Shown here: piece after piece, positions 1 through 13,309 of the stretch | Position numbering within the stretch: position 1 is the stretch's first letter | Layout: the number at the start of each line of letters is the position of its first letter | Assembly: GCA_054600435.1 (NCBI GenBank) | Contig: BAAIJX010000009.1 | Span: 372,001 to 436,000 of the forward strand | DNA: 64,000 nucleotides | Origin: Neophaeotheca triangularis | Lineage: Eukaryota | Reading direction: 5' to 3' | Notes under the pieces: model-generated | Databases searched by the model: none | What the model was told of the DNA's origin: nothing | What the model saw: the letters and a program-made list of their open reading frames with translations, nothing else | Program-made: the position numbers and the translations under genes

Positions 1-2058
1 GTAGAGCGCCGGCTCGAGGTCTTCGAGCATGCGGTCGAATTGATAAAGGCGGAGGTGCAAGCCAGGCATTTCGGCCGTGAACATGCTGCGGAGGTCGTGC
101 TTGTTCATGAGCCGGACTAGCAGGCTGAAGGCTTCTTCTTCGCTCATGTTGAAGAGCAGGGGCATTGCTATGAAGTTCATGCCCTGTGCATACCCCACGC
201 CTTCATCGAAAAGCGCGTAGGCTTTGCAGACTCCAAAGAGACCATCTTGCAGGCCTGCGGATTGTGCGTATTTGCTGTAGGAAGTTCTAGATCCCAAGTC
301 GCGTTTGATGGCTTTTTCCAACTTGGCGAGAAATGCTTGCTCCCGCTTTTGCTTCTCCGCGAGAAGCTTGGACTGTATTTCGGTGGGCCTCTCAGCAGGG
401 GTCGTGTTGCCGTCGACGGAAGGTGGTGGACTAGACGCTGATGTGGCTTTGGTCGAACCGGCAGAGTGTGTACTGGATCTGGAAGAGCTAACAGACTCTT
501 CGTTGGTAGGCGCTGCAGCACCGTTGGCGCCAGCGATCGATCCTGAGCGAGAAGCGGGAGGTTTCTGCTCCGAGTCTGTACCACGAGCTTTGAGCGTCCT
601 GTACAAGCTCTCCAAGTCATCGCTCTTGCTTTCGGCGAGGACCTGCCATATCACACCTCGAATTGCTGGTGGAATGCCTGCAGCGATGGATCTTCGAAGC
701 TCTTCACCGCTGGTTCTTGCTACTGCAGCTGGGCCTTCTTGTACCACAGACTGCCAAAGGTCCCAGTTGACAGGGGGTGTCCCTTCGTGTGGTCCAGCCG
801 TTAAGCCTGAAGCAGTGCCTGGTGGCAGACTAGGGTTGAGAGGTGGTGATTTAAGCAAGCCCGGGGTGGAAGCAGACCGCTCTGGCGTTGGTTCTGTATC
901 CTCTTGCAGCGGCTCAGCAGGCGCAGACGCAAGTCCAGCATCGCTGCTTGTCCTGAAGGCTGAGTTGGTCTCTGGAGCAACGCCATCCGCGTCTAAGCCA
1001 GGATTCTGTTCGCCCTTTTGTCTCAAGCTCTTGAATTGATCTTGCAAACTCGGTCTGATGGCACTGCTATCCTCGTTGTCTACTATAGCTGCCAATGTGT
1101 TCCCACTCTCACCAACAGAGGTGACTGAAGCTCCAGTGTTCCTTCTGTCCAAGCTCCGTGGGCCACTGGGCGAGCGAGCAGACTTCCTAATGCTTGTTGC
1201 CCTCGCCAGGAAGCCTCCAAAGCCTCGCGAGACACTCCTGGCGAGGCCCTCTCTTGGCTGCGGTGAAGCTCCTACACTCGGCGTTCGTTCCGAAGAAGAC
1301 ATACGTGGTGTAAGGTCTGGTCGCGTGAGCGGAGGCGCCGGAGAGTCAATCGAAGGTACATCTGCCGACAGGCTCTGGGTGTGCGGCTGCTGGCGAGGGG
1401 ATTTCTCTGGTGATGCGCTGCGCTCTGCAACAGAGGGCTCAGATGGAGCTGGTAAATTGGGCGCCGATTCCACCAAAGCCGATCCATCGCGAGAATGCGA
1501 GACGGGGTCGGCCCCGTCGAGTCCGCCGACATCGTCTTTCTCCGCAGCAGTCTCATCAGCCTTCTCAAGCCCGTCAGGCACATGTACATGCTGAGATGTC
1601 GGCCTGGGTGTAGCAGTGTCTACGGCATCCTCAAAAGTGTCGCTTTTGGAACTCTTCATGCTCTTTGCATCGTCGTCGTCCTTGACTTTCGACTCCTCAG
1701 GTGCCTCGGCCATGCTGACGCGTATCGGGATGCCGAAGCTCCTCCTTTTCCCACCACGTTGCCCTCCTCGCAGCGATCGATCGGGACTCGGTCGTAATGA
1801 CTTTCGCCGGTCTGGGATGCCAGGAGCTTGGTTTGAAGATCCGGCAGGACTGTAAGAGTGTCGTCGATTCTCGTCGCCGGGTGTTTCTGTTGATGGCTCA
1901 AGAATGCGTGGGGAAGAAGGAGGTTGTTGATGTTGTGTGTTGTCGTCAGTTGGCCCGTTGACGTCCGGGGATAACATGGCTTCGGGAGGTGCAGCTGCAG
2001 CTTCCACGCTTGTTGTAGTGTCGCTAGTAGTACTACTACTACTCGACACCTGCATCAT
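1..2058 (-). CDS. GYP5: TBC-domain Rab GTPase-activating protein (Gyp5/Evi5-like), 3' end truncated by the window edge
   Basis: Manual translation of the minus strand from ATG 2058, in frame with position 1. A long disordered N-terminus is followed by TBC motifs: IRRDLG..T, FGVCKAYALFDEGVGYAQGMNFIAMPLL and GLHLRLYQF. Missing from the ORF track because there is no stop inside the window. Confidence 0.9.
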   Translation of the reverse strand, partial: MMQVSSSSSTTSDTTTSVEAAAAPPEAMLSPDVNGPTDDNTQHQQPPSSPRILEPSTETPGDENRRHSYSPAGSSNQAPGIPDRRKSLRPSPDRSLRGGQRGGKRRSFGIPIRVSMAEAPEESKVKDDDDAKSMKSSKSDTFEDAVDTATPRPTSQHVHVPDGLEKADETAAEKDDVGGLDGADPVSHSRDGSALVESAPNLPAPSEPSVAERSASPEKSPRQQPHTQSLSADVPSIDSPAPPLTRPDLTPRMSSSERTPSVGASPQPREGLARSVSRGFGGFLARATSIRKSARSPSGPRSLDRRNTGASVTSVGESGNTLAAIVDNEDSSAIRPSLQDQFKSLRQKGEQNPGLDADGVAPETNSAFRTSSDAGLASAPAEPLQEDTEPTPERSASTPGLLKSPPLNPSLPPGTASGLTAGPHEGTPPVNWDLWQSVVQEGPAAVARTSGEELRRSIAAGIPPAIRGVIWQVLAESKSDDLESLYRTLKARGTDSEQKPPASRSGSIAGANGAAAPTNEESVSSSRSSTHSAGSTKATSASSPPPSVDGNTTPAERPTEIQSKLLAEKQKREQAFLAKLEKAIKRDLGSRTSYSKYAQSAGLQDGLFGVCKAYALFDEGVGYAQGMNFIAMPLLFNMSEEEAFSLLVRLMNKHDLRSMFTAEMPGLHLRLYQFDRMLEDLEPALY

Positions 2059-2119
2059 TGATGATCTTTTTTATTGTCGGCCGAACTGGTGGGGCAAATA
2101 TGGAGAGAGAGTTTTTCGG

Positions 2120-2144
2120 TATATATATATATATATACATATAT
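2120..2144. repeat. (TA)n microsatellite upstream of the GYP5-like gene
   Basis: tatatatatatatatatacatatat. Confidence 0.9.
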
Positions 2145-3140
2145 CAAAAGAACGAAGCTGGGAAAAGCAAAAGAGACAGGCACCGACCAGGAGGTAGTGT
2201 TGGAATACATGTATGATATGGATGGGTCAACACACACGGCCAAGATGAGGTCAGCAGGTGTATACAGGGTACCTAGGGTCATGGTCGTAACATAATAACA
2301 AGGGAGTAACCGTTTTTACCTGACATAGCCCTTGCGATTACGCATTGTGCCGCTCGAGCTCCAATCGAAGTCTTGTTCCGTCGGCCAAGTTGACGATCAA
2401 ATACAATACTGGTTCGTTGACTGGGCAATGCTGGGAGCTACAGTATTATTACATCTACTAGCCACCTTCCTACCGGACGACGAGGGGGTGCTAGTGGTAG
2501 GTAAACAACAACCGAGACATAACATTAACGTTATTTCAATGATATTTCAATGTTCTGGCAAGAGGCGTCGTATCCTTGTCCGATGTCCCCATCTGTGCCC
2601 CTGAAAATAGAATCCAACGGCACCCTGCCTCGTTTCAGCTTTTCCGGGTTCCTGCGCACAGCACAGCCGGCTTCTCACCTCACCTCACCTCACCTCATGG
2701 AAATAGAAATGGAACGTTCATTCTCCTGTCTATTATATGTAGTCTATAAGATGAGACCGGAACCAGTAGTATCCAGGCAAACACCCGATGGTGAGGGAAA
2801 CCAGACAATCGAGGGGGATATGAGAACCATCAAAACACCACTCATGCCCTTCGCAGACGCTCTCAAGCGCAGACATTTATCATTCTATTATCAACAAACA
2901 TCGCATATATAGGCATGCAGCAGACTGTAAGTCAAGACGCTTTAATGGGGCGCCTCGTCTAGGATAAGTACTTTGTTCAGCTTTTCCAAATAGGGTTAGT
3001 TATGAGATGAGCAAATAAGATGCATCGATAGAGCAAACAATGGGTCAAGATGCTGAGACCGCTAAGTTATTAAAGCATGTTCTATGCGACTTTAGAGCCC
3101 CGTCCCTTGTACGCAACCCACTAAGCGCAAACACTAGAGG

Positions 3141-3692
3141 ATGCGAGACCCCAACGAGCCCGAGCCCGGCACGAACGATGCAACATCAGCATACTCGCAA
3201 AAGCCATCAGACCCATGCCTCTCGCCAGACACTACCTCGACCCCGAGCCCTAGCAACCCAACCGTCACAAACACCCAAGTCGAAACCTCCCCTCTTCTCC
3301 CTCAAACCCATGTCATCGCCACTTCGCCGCAAAAAACCACCTTCCCAGCTTCCCAAACCCCATCTCACGATCCCCCCACCCCCCAACACTATTTGAACCC
3401 AGGTGCAGCTTCAGCCGCATGGGCTTCAGCAGCCGCGCCGCCAGCTAGGAAAGCCCGAGAACCCCGTCGAGCGAACTCCTTTCCCCAACCGGGGTCTGGA
3501 GTCACGTTTCTCGTGGCCCGAGAAGAAAGTACTCTCCTGACCACCAGGCCTGGAGAAGCAGGCGGCTGGACTCGGGGACGGGGTTTTGAGACTTTTGCCG
3601 CGGTGGTGGACCTGCTGTGGTGTCTTTGCCTTGTCATCATTTGCGTTTTGGTTTTGTGCGTGATTGGGAGAGGGGAGGTGGTTGATTTATAG
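3141..3692 (+). CDS. Hypothetical S/T/P-rich protein with a C-terminal hydrophobic helix (possible tail anchor)
   Basis: 183-aa ATG ORF ending in VVDLLWCLCLVIICVLVLCVI. It has the C-rich 5' / G-rich 3' skew seen in other genes here. No recognisable homology. Confidence 0.45.
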   Translation: MRDPNEPEPGTNDATSAYSQKPSDPCLSPDTTSTPSPSNPTVTNTQVETSPLLPQTHVIATSPQKTTFPASQTPSHDPPTPQHYLNPGAASAAWASAAAPPARKAREPRRANSFPQPGSGVTFLVAREESTLLTTRPGEAGGWTRGRGFETFAAVVDLLWCLCLVIICVLVLCVIGRGEVVDL

Positions 3693-5394
3693 AGAGTACG
3701 AGGGTCGCGGCCTGGGTGACATGGCTAGGTATATGCTTAGCACGAGCTTGATGTCGAGTCTTCGATAGTGCACGACGAGCGCCGATTTAATCAGGGAAAG
3801 TGGTGAGAGGAGCGAACGCGACGTAGCGATTCAGCAAATCAAAAGCTAAAGTGCTGGTTGAAGTCCTTTAGAGAGAAGCTTCCTTTCCCAGTCCCCAGAC
3901 GTCTCCCAACAGCACCCCGTGCGCCCACCAGCATTCGACACCAACCTCAGCCGCGACAGCCCTAGCAGTGGCGCCAGTGAGTGGAAGCGCGGAGTCACGG
4001 TGAGCAACGTATACCTACCCCTGACGGCGCGGCTCCCGCCGACATTAGATCCCAAACCTGGTGTTGCGCCGCAACAATGCACGCCCGCGAGCCTGCGAGT
4101 CGCCGGCCGCCGGGAAGAAACGGTCAGTGCGGCGAAAGGATCTCCGTGGCGGGTGTATGACGCGGTTGGGCTGTGCTGGTGTGGTGGAATTCGTGGCATA
4201 GGCGACTTTGGCGCCAGAGTCGACTATGAATGTAGGTTTGGAAGGATTCAGAGCCCGTCGAAGTGTTCATGGACCTGCTTTGAGACCGCTCGCAAGGCCG
4301 CACATGCTGGCCAGAAGATACGGCCCAGAACGTGCTTCGTCCCAAATCCTCTTTCAACCGCTTGAATCATCTTGGACGACCGTGGCAATGTTCAGACATC
4401 GCAGTCGGTGTACTTTACTATCCAGAACAAGAGACACTGCGGAGCATGAACCAAGCAGCAAGGCTGCTAAGGAAGTGTAGCCAAATCATGCCTGCTGGGG
4501 CAAGGGAAGCCTTTCGGCGCGACGAAGCAGCCACAAAAGCTCGCGGTCGAAACCGATGAGCTATTCCCAGCGGGCCAAGGCGCTCCAGTGAAGCTATCGA
4601 TAATCGCGCTGGAGGTTGAATTCAAGGCCGTCAGATCTGGCTAGCATTTGCTCAAAAGTCATCACCGTTGTCGTGAGCGACCTCTGCTATGCTTGCATCT
4701 TCTTTCCAAGCCACGTCCTGGGCGGTCATGCACTGCGTTATACGGTCTGCTTGCAATGCACGGCTTTCGAAGGGCCTAGGATCGTGGATTCAGTCCTCAC
4801 GGCTTCTCGTGCACGGCAGACATTACTCACCGTCCCCGGCCACCACGCGCGAGAAATCGAGCATCGAAACTCGCGAGAAGCGGAAGCGCTTGGTTGCGAA
4901 ACTTTGGTATTCGGTGTTTGGTGAGGAAGTCTCATTACATAGTCATTAAGTAATTATCAAGGTGTCGTCCCTTGTGCGGCAGCAAAGCAAAAGCAAAAGT
5001 ACCGTAGTACTGCTCGCGAACAAACAAACGAATAAACAAAGCAAGCCAGCTCGCTCCCATTTCCTTCGCTGAGATTCCTGTGCTCTGCATGTTTAACAAT
5101 TAATGCAAGAGCAAAGCCTCTCGGTATCGCACTCAGCTATGGTCTGGCCTTTCTTCTTTTCATTCGTAAAAATCGATGGCGAAGCACTTGTTGTAGAACC
5201 AAACGCAGACCCCCGGGAATTGCTTGCACCGTAGACAATACCACTGCCACAAGCCGCGAAAGTCAGACGTCCAGAGGCTGATATTCGAAGGCCGCTCGTG
5301 GCGCGGGCGCGGTCTAGCGTGGTACGCTTCTTCCCAACCGTACAGATCCCCGCTATAAGGACTTGGTTTGTATATTTAGCAGGAATGTTTCCGT

Positions 5395-6384
5395 CTAGTA
5401 GTTGGTAGCGGTGCCCGTATTGCTGTACCCGTAGGGGTTCACGCCCTGACCCTGCGGTTGGGTGTAGTAGCCGCCGTGGGTGCCATGGGGCGCATGGTTG
5501 CCGTGCATTGAGTCGACTTTGTCGTATGGGTTGTCACCCGATTGTCCGACGGTGGTGCCCGTGTAGCCAGTCTCGTGGCTCGGGCGCATGTCTGGGTTGT
5601 TGGGTGCGGCGAGCGTTGCAGGGGCGACGCCAGCGCCGTATGTCCCCAGCTCTTCATCGGCAGGCTTCTCCTCCTTGGGCTTCCGTTGCCAGAACTTGCG
5701 TTTACCGGCGCCGGAGGTGTAATTGTTTGCTGGGCTAGGGCCGTAGCGCTTGTCCTTGGCGTGGCTGCGTTTAAGGAAGATTTGCATGATCGCGGTGAGG
5801 AGAAAAACAAGGGCGCCGATGATGGAGACGGCGAAGGCGGCGGTGTTGAGCTGGCATGCCGTGTAAGGGCTGACAGAGTATGTGACATTCTCCCCCTGAC
5901 TTGTATCCGTACCGAGCCCACCAGGACCAAACCCACTACCAGAAGATTCTGTTGATCCCTGGCCGAGCGGTGTGTCTACTATGCCGGAGTCGCAACCGTT
6001 GGCGCCATTGCGGGTAAGGACGGCGATCGCAATGAAGCCGGCTACGAAACAGATGTCGAGGACGAGACCGAGAAAGGCGAAGAAAGAGACGCCGGCCAGA
6101 CAACAGGTAAGGACGACTGCGCAAATAGTGTATAGGACTGCGGCTCCCGAGATACCTTCAACGGCTTTTTGGTATGTATCGATTGAGCTGGAAGAGCTTC
6201 TGTTAGTGGCCGCGCAAGGGAGGCCGTGTCGTGTCGCGTATAGGTAGGTGTCTTACCGGTTGCGGTCTGCTTGCACAGCGAGAAAATAAGAGTAGATGCC
6301 GAGAATGAGGCCGGCGCAGCAGAATGCCAGGCCGTAGAGGATGGTCTGTAGAAGACGGAGAAATCCGCCTTTAATGAGGCCCAT
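5395..6384 (-). CDS. 4-TM MARVEL-like fungal membrane protein; exons 6384-6257 and 6187-5395
   Basis: Starts MGLIKGGFLRLLQTILYGLAFCCAGLILGIYSYFLA. Intron 6256-6188 (GTAAGA..CTAAC..CAG) joins in frame to KAVEGISGAAVLYT, LDICFVAGFIAIAVLTR, ACQLNTAAFAVSI and YGPSPANNYTSG. Confidence 0.85.
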
Positions 6385-9048
6385 GGTCAATAGTGATCAA
6401 GGTGAAGCGTATGCCAGGGATGGTAGTGGTGGTGCCGCTCAAAACGGTATACGATTGGGGAGAACAAAAGAGAAAGCAGTAGTCAAGGGGATGTGGTAGT
6501 GTAGTCTTTGAGGAGAGGAAACAAAGATCAAAAGATTCCAGTGCAGCGGTGGTGTCTGCCCGTGAATTTGAGGTAGTTCCAAGTTGGCGCAGCGCTTTTG
6601 GCTGAGGTGGCTGCAGGTGCTCGAGGGTGCCCACCAGAGGTGTGGAAAAGGCTGTGACGTCGTCAGCCGCAACGAGTAAGGCTCAAACCTTGACCCGCTA
6701 TGCGACCCTTTCCAGCTAATGGGAGGACGACATCACGGCTTCATCCGCCGTCTCAGCCACAACAATAATAATCGCTTCCAAACTTCCCCCTGTCTTCGTG
6801 ATTTTACCTAGGTACCTATACCTTACCTAGGTACCTTGGGTAATTTACCTCTGTGATGGCTGGGCCGGGAGATCTGCTACTCATTCCTGATCCTCCTTTC
6901 CCACAGTAATACGGAGCGAAAAGACGTGCAATATTTAAAAGGGAATTCCAAGACGAGACGAACAGCGCAGTGGTCTGTTTGCACTTGGAAGTAGCGTGTG
7001 ACGACTAAAGAAGCTGGGCTCCGACGGTCACAGCCATTGGAGACGCGTAACAGAATCACGGTCAATTTGCGGCGCAAAACTTGACGCGCATCGCAATCAA
7101 CCAACATCTTGCGACCTCGCACGCACAGCCTCCAAGTCCACAAGGCAAACATTCTTTTTCTTTGTTCCGAGTACTGCCAACTTCCATCTTGGCTTTGACC
7201 ATCGGTGCCACTCCCGACAGAACGGAGAATAGAATGATGGAGCGTTTGCTTCTGCCTGGAGACATTCCCTTAGACATCCATTCTAACTTCCTCCACTTCA
7301 TTGTCAGGTAGGGTAGGGTTGGCATCGTCAGCTTCGAGAACAAATCTACGAAGCCGCTTCTATGACTCGCAACGTTCATGTGTCGAACAAAAGTTGGCAA
7401 AGTCTCTTCAGGAGTGATGCCTAGAGTAGAGTGGTCAGATTTGTGCCCACTGTACCATGTCTCGAAAGCGTGAGGACTACAGGTACGCACCCTCCCTTAA
7501 ACTCCTCAGCAACACAAGCCTGAAGCTCTACTCCCGACCCTACGTCGGGTTGCCTATTAAAGTCGCTACAGATGTTCGCGAGACCTGACACATAGTGAGG
7601 CATGGGGACAGAGCTCCTCCGCGCCAATGTGTGAGATCGACCTACGCTCTCGCCTGATGTTCGCAGAAGTCCTGTTTTGCATCAGGGACAAGGTCATCTG
7701 AAGCAGCGACTGTGATGCAAAGCAGCTTGCGTCGTCGGACGAGACCGTTAAACGTTGATCAGTTTACCCGGCAAATCGGAGATGCGGGGACTCGGTGACT
7801 GCCATTGTGATGGTCTGAATACCTAGAAGAGCATGTGACTACTAGGATATGCGACCTGTCCGAGGGTCTGATAATAGGGCAAGATGGCTCAGTACGGAGG
7901 GCAACGGTCTTTTTCTAGGCGTTTTTGCTGAACTTGGAGAAGCCGTGAGTGCCGTGATGTCTCGGGGCCAAGATGGATGGCAACTGCAAGGGAGCAGTGG
8001 AAAATCATCTGCCATACTTTTCGCTCGTTGCTTTTGCCATGAATTCATCTCGCGGATGTACATGCGTGGGGATGCAACTCTTCCGACTCCCATGAGCCTC
8101 GCGCACCAAAGCAGGTACACATCTAACCCGCAGCACCAAAAGATTCTGATACCTAGTCCTGCGAGCATTCTCGCTGCATTCACTCACGAGTCAGCCCAGG
8201 TAACAGGTGCAAGGCAAAGCTACTAACCCACGTGGAATCCACTACCTCGCATTAGAACTGCGGGGGATCCTGGGGGTAAAGAAAGAAAGTTAAGAAACCC
8301 ACAGTCCACGCGAGTCGGCAGGACAGTACAGGTACAAGAGATAGTTTTTTCCTAGATCCCGTGTACACAACGGGTATACCGACAACCACAATACCATTTC
8401 CTCCCCATCCGAAGCGATGCGATGCGACGTGACAGCCACGAGCTTCCGCGTATCAAACCGTTCGCATCATCAATAGCCAACTCTCGTCCCGCCTCGTCTC
8501 GCCACGCCGGCCTCTCCATCAAATCAGCTCAAGCAAACAGCTCTCCCCTCATCACCGGCTCACGAGGCCGCGCGCTCGGAAAGCCCTGACTGAGCTGAAG
8601 GATGAGAGGGGCTCAGACCCCTCCCCGCATTCCTACGCATACGCCCAGGCGGCGCGCTCACGGCATTGGGTTTCGCGGGCTTCTAGATTGCGCGCCGCAT
8701 CACGCGCATAGTAAAAGGTGAGGGTTTCGTAAGTTGGCGACCAGAGCGCCGGCGTCGCATGGCTGGAAAGAGTAGGCCGATGGGTTTCGCGCATTTGCGG
8801 GTTGGCATCAGAGTGATTTCAGCTGTCAGCTGTTGTGGTGCAGTGGGCAAGGTAGGTCTTGTGCGGCACGGATGAGGAGAGGGAGCTGTTCTAGTACAAG
8901 TACATCTATCTCTTTCGTGGGATATATATCTGAGCTCGGGTTGGTGGTATTCCCCTTGTCTCTTTTCTGCTTTTCCTCCCTCTTCCAAGTCTCCATTCCT
9001 ACGATTAACTATCTACAGCCCCGTCTACTGATTTCGCTCCCATCAACC

Positions 9049-10373
9049 ATGGCGACTCAGACGACTTCCAAGGTCCAGACCGGCCTTCCCCTGGCCGTCG
9101 GGAACACTCCCGCTCCCAAGACCAAGAACACAATGAGCGCGCTCCGCTTCCACGGCAAAGAGGACTTGCGCCTCGAGCAGATCGAAGAGCCCAAATGCGG
9201 CAAGGGCCAGATCAAGATCAAACCCGCCTGGTGCGGCATTTGCGGTTCCGGTAAGCAGGTTCCCCCGCCGCCGTCTCTGGCACGACAAGCGTGAACCAAG
9301 CGGAGAGTCTTGCTGACACGCGTCCTTGCTTTAGACCTCCACGAATACATGGGCGGCCCTTCGCTCGTGCCTACGACCCCTCACCCAATCACCGGGGAGA
9401 GCGTGCCTGTGACTTTTGGGCACGAGTTCTCCGGCACGATTGAGGAGATAGGCGAGGGCGTCGATGGGAAATACAGTGTCGGGGATAGGGTGTGCGTGCA
9501 GCCCATCATCTACGACGGGACGTGCGGTTCCTGTCAAGACGGACTGGTCAATTGTTGCGATCAGAATGGTTTCGTGGGACTTAGTGGCTGGGGGGGAGGG
9601 CTGTCCGAACACGTCGTCGTGCCGGATTATGCCGTCTACCAGCTGCCGGATAACGTATCGATGGAAATCGGAGGCAAGTACCCTGCCCACATCCCCCTAA
9701 GAAACCCAACCCGCCCCCAGAACACACCCACTAACCCCACACTGCAGCCCTCATCGAACCGCTAGCAGTCGGCTGGCACGCCGTCAACATCTCCCCCTTT
9801 ACCCCAACCTCGAGCGCTCTAATCCTCGGCGGCGGCCCCATCGGCCTCGCCGTCCTCCAAGCACTCAAAGCCCGCGGCTGCCAACAAATCCTCGTGAGCG
9901 AAGTCTCAAGTAAACGCAAAGAATTCGCGCTCGCTTTCGGCGCCGACGCAGTCCTCGACCCCACCCGCGACGACATCGTAGCCCAGTGCCGCCAACTCTG
10001 CGACAACCGCGGTCCGGACATCGTCTTCGACTGCGCGGGCGTGCAAGCGGGGCTCGACCAAGCCATCCTGGCCGTCAGGGCCAGGGGCACCATCGTCAAC
10101 ATTGCCGTTTGGGAGAAGCCGTTTAGCATGAATGCGAACCATATGCTTTTCCGCGAGCGCAAGTGGGTCGGGGTCGCGACGTACGTGAAGGGGGATTTCG
10201 AGGAGGTTTTGGAGGCCATTGCCCAGGGCCGGTTCCCGCATGTTGAGAAGATGATTACGAAGAGGATTGGACTGGGGGAGGTGGTGGAAGGGGGTTTCAA
10301 GACGTTGATAAGGGAGAAGGATCAGCAGGTTAAGATTTTGGTTCGAGCTGGGGAGGGCGAAGTGGCCAAGTGA
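9049..10373 (+). CDS. Zinc-dependent MDR dehydrogenase, 2,3-butanediol dehydrogenase-like; introns 9251-9334 and 9674-9747
   Basis: After splicing: WCGICGSDLHEY, GHEFSG, structural-Zn residues D..C..C..G..N.C, ALIEPLAVGWHAV and GGGPIG. The alternative start is ATG 9133. Confidence 0.9.
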
Positions 10374-11412
10374 GCGTGCTGCGCTCGCGTTTCTTGCGCT
10401 GGGATGTTTTGGTCGAAGGAGCGTTTCGAGGCGATGGGTGCTTGCCTGAGGTTCTTATTATGAGGCTATGATGGTTATGATTGATGAGACGGCTGTATAA
10501 TCAGTAATGATAGCGTTCGTTTCCTTGTTCGAAAATCGAAGCCATTTTCCCATTGACCTGCTGCTGGCCTCTTCCCTCCTCTTGGGCCTTTTTCAACGTA
10601 AAAGCGGCGACGTTGGGAGTCGCTTTGCAAGTTAAGATTGGAAAATTGCCCTACTATCGTGCGTGACAGAACAGAGTCGATGGAAATAATCCGAGGGATG
10701 GTCTTAACATTCGTCGCCTTCAGTAATCTTGATGTGATACGAAGATTCATCACACCATACCGCCTTATGTTTAGGTAGTATTTATCAAAACCAAGCCCGT
10801 CATTGTTTTGACATGGATGGCCTCAATGGCGTTTTCACCACCACATGGAAGTGGCGGGCAACAGACGTACGCGAAGCCGCCGGCGACGAGAGATCCCCTC
10901 CCTGCCCCTCCACTCGGTTTGGAATCTGCCCCGCAGCGTCATCACTAACCGCGTGCATCCGATCTAGACACCCGATTTAGGTTACCCAGATGGCAGGGCG
11001 CTGTTTAAGGCGCAATAATAATAACATCGGCAAATGCTCCAAGCAATACTGATATTATAATCGTTGCAAAGAGGCGCAAATGCTCGCTCACAGGCATGAT
11101 TGGGTTCTGTCCATGACAAGGTCCCTGGCTGCAATAATGGATAGAGCTCCGAGGAGACCAGACCGTAGTCGATAAAATGCCACTTCTGTCAAGAGGCGTT
11201 GTACGTGCAGTGCGGTGGTAGCTGCAGGTGCGACATTGTAGGTTGTTGACGACTTGTAGACGTCACCCCGAAACTTTTCGAGGGGCGACAAGCTCCCGTT
11301 AAGAATAACTTACTTGGAACATTGCTGCCCTCTCCCTCTTTCATCACACCATACTCCCAACCTATACCAATCTCCCAATCAATACTCAAGACTCCAACGG
11401 AAATCAGCAAAA

Positions 11413-12613
11413 ATGGGTTACCCAGAGACCGCCGAGGGCTTCATGGTCGAGAGCCATGATGACTACAAGAACTTCACCAAGAAGGAGGTACGAAAGGACA
11501 CCTACTTTCATTGCGAGCCTTCGATCCTCTGACATGCCCTGCAGTTCCCGCTCAAGCCGTTCGAGGACCGTGACATTGACATTGCCATTGATGCATGCGG
11601 TGTCTGCTCTTCCGACGTCCACACCATCAGCGGCGGCTGGGGTGGTGCGCCCTTGCCTCTCTGCGTCGGGCACGAAGTCATTGGCAAGGCCATCAAGGTC
11701 GGCAAGGACGTCAAGACAATCAAGGTTGGCGACCGCGTTGGTGTTGGTGCGCAGATCCAGGCCGACTTGACCTGCCACAACTGCAAGGCCGACCAGGAGA
11801 ACTACTGCCCCAACGCCGTCGACACCTACGGCGCAAAGTACAGCGATGGCACCATGGCGCAAGGTGGATATTCCAGCCACATGCGCTCGCACGAGTACTT
11901 CACCTTCAAGATTCCCGACAACATTGAGACTGCTCTGGCCGCACCCATGCTGTGTGCCGGTCTGACGACATACTCGCCCCTTGTGCGTCTTGGTGCTGGG
12001 CCGGGCAAGAAGGTCGGTATCGTGGGTATTGGTAAGTTTCGGCATAGTCCTGGGCGTCATTGTTATGTTTCCCGTCTAACCTGCGAACTTAGGTGGTCTC
12101 GGTCACTTTGCCGTCATGTGGGCAAAGGCTCTCGGCGCTGAAGTCTACGCCCTCTCCCACTCCCCCTCCAAGAAGGACGACGCGATGAAGCTCGGCGCAA
12201 AGGAGTTCATCCTCACCAGTGAAGAAGGCTGGGCCAAGCCATACGCCAACTCTTTCGACTTCATCATCAACTGCGCAGACGCCACGCACAAGTTCAACCT
12301 CCCCGATTACTACTCGACTCTGAAGATCCACGGCAAGTTCCACTGCGTCGGCTTTGGTGACACACCCGTCACTATCAACGTCCAGGACTTCGCCGCCACT
12401 GGCTGCTACATTGGAGCCAGCCACATTGGTAACAGGCCCGAGATGTTGGCCATGTTCGAGTTGGCCAGCAAGCAGAACCTCAAGAGCTGGGTCGAGACTA
12501 TTCCAATCTCCCCCGAGGGTTTGAAGAAGGCTGTAGAAGGAGTCGAGGCTACCAAGGTCCGCTACAGGTACACTATGACCGACTTCGACGCTGCTTTTGG
12601 TAAGAGGGCCTAA
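11413..12613 (+). CDS. NADP-dependent alcohol dehydrogenase (Adh6/Adh7, cinnamyl-alcohol dehydrogenase family); introns 11488-11544 and 12032-12092
   Basis: CGVCSSDVH, GHE, VGDRVGVGAQ, APMLCAGLTTYSPL, GIGGLGH across intron 2, and C-terminal VRYRY. Confidence 0.92.
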
Positions 12614-13309
12614 GCAGGTCGTGTCGGTCTGCCAGGAGTGAGTGGAGATTGTACAGTAGATCTGTAAATAATTACATCATGACCAGTTCCATGACACTTT
12701 ATGCCAGGTGTTTCCCAGTTCCTGAGTTCTTGATGTTCCTGATGTGACTTCGATCCCCGGCCATGTATTTCTGGTCTGGTAATATTCGTTGGGGTGATGG
12801 TAATTCGGAAGAGACGTACATAATCAATTTCCAGCTTTGCGTGCCCTGCGTAATGGTCGAATCTTGACGATGGCAACCAAACAAGACTACTATTGTCAGT
12901 TCATGTGAGGGGTAGGAGAAGGAAGACTCTAGCCATGGACCACCAAAGTTATACCATCTAATGCCTATCAAGGTGCTGGCTGTTACACCTCGATCTTCAA
13001 GCGTTCAAGCGCGTCACATGCGATCTTCGGTCGGCTTCCGTTCTTTCACATGTTTCTCCAGCTTACCCTCGGCTTTGAGCCTCAGTCGTCTTGTCTTGTG
13101 CATCATGTGCTTCAATTCGCTAACCCATACCAAGGACAAACGACAACTATTCACTGCAGCGAAACCCCTAGCCATCCAACTCATCACTCTCACTCGTTTT
13201 CGATTCCCAGGGGTTGCGGCTTCAATGTATCGTGGCATCCGCCATCTCCTCACACGCCCTCCCTTGCTAGAGCTGCTAGCAGCAACATAGACACCAACGC
13301 AACACGATA

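Noticed and set aside
3840..4950. Overlapping short ORFs on both strands
   Set aside because: No motifs or coding bias that I can support.
6870..8230. Several 60-140-aa ORFs
   Set aside because: No recognisable domain or consistent spliced model; mostly non-ATG starts. A lineage-specific gene cannot be excluded.
10371..12616. Cryptic peroxisomal targeting by stop readthrough in the dehydrogenases next to PXA2
   Set aside because: Stop contexts are TGA GCG and TAA GCA, not TGA CTA, and the C-termini (VAK, KRA) are not PTS1.
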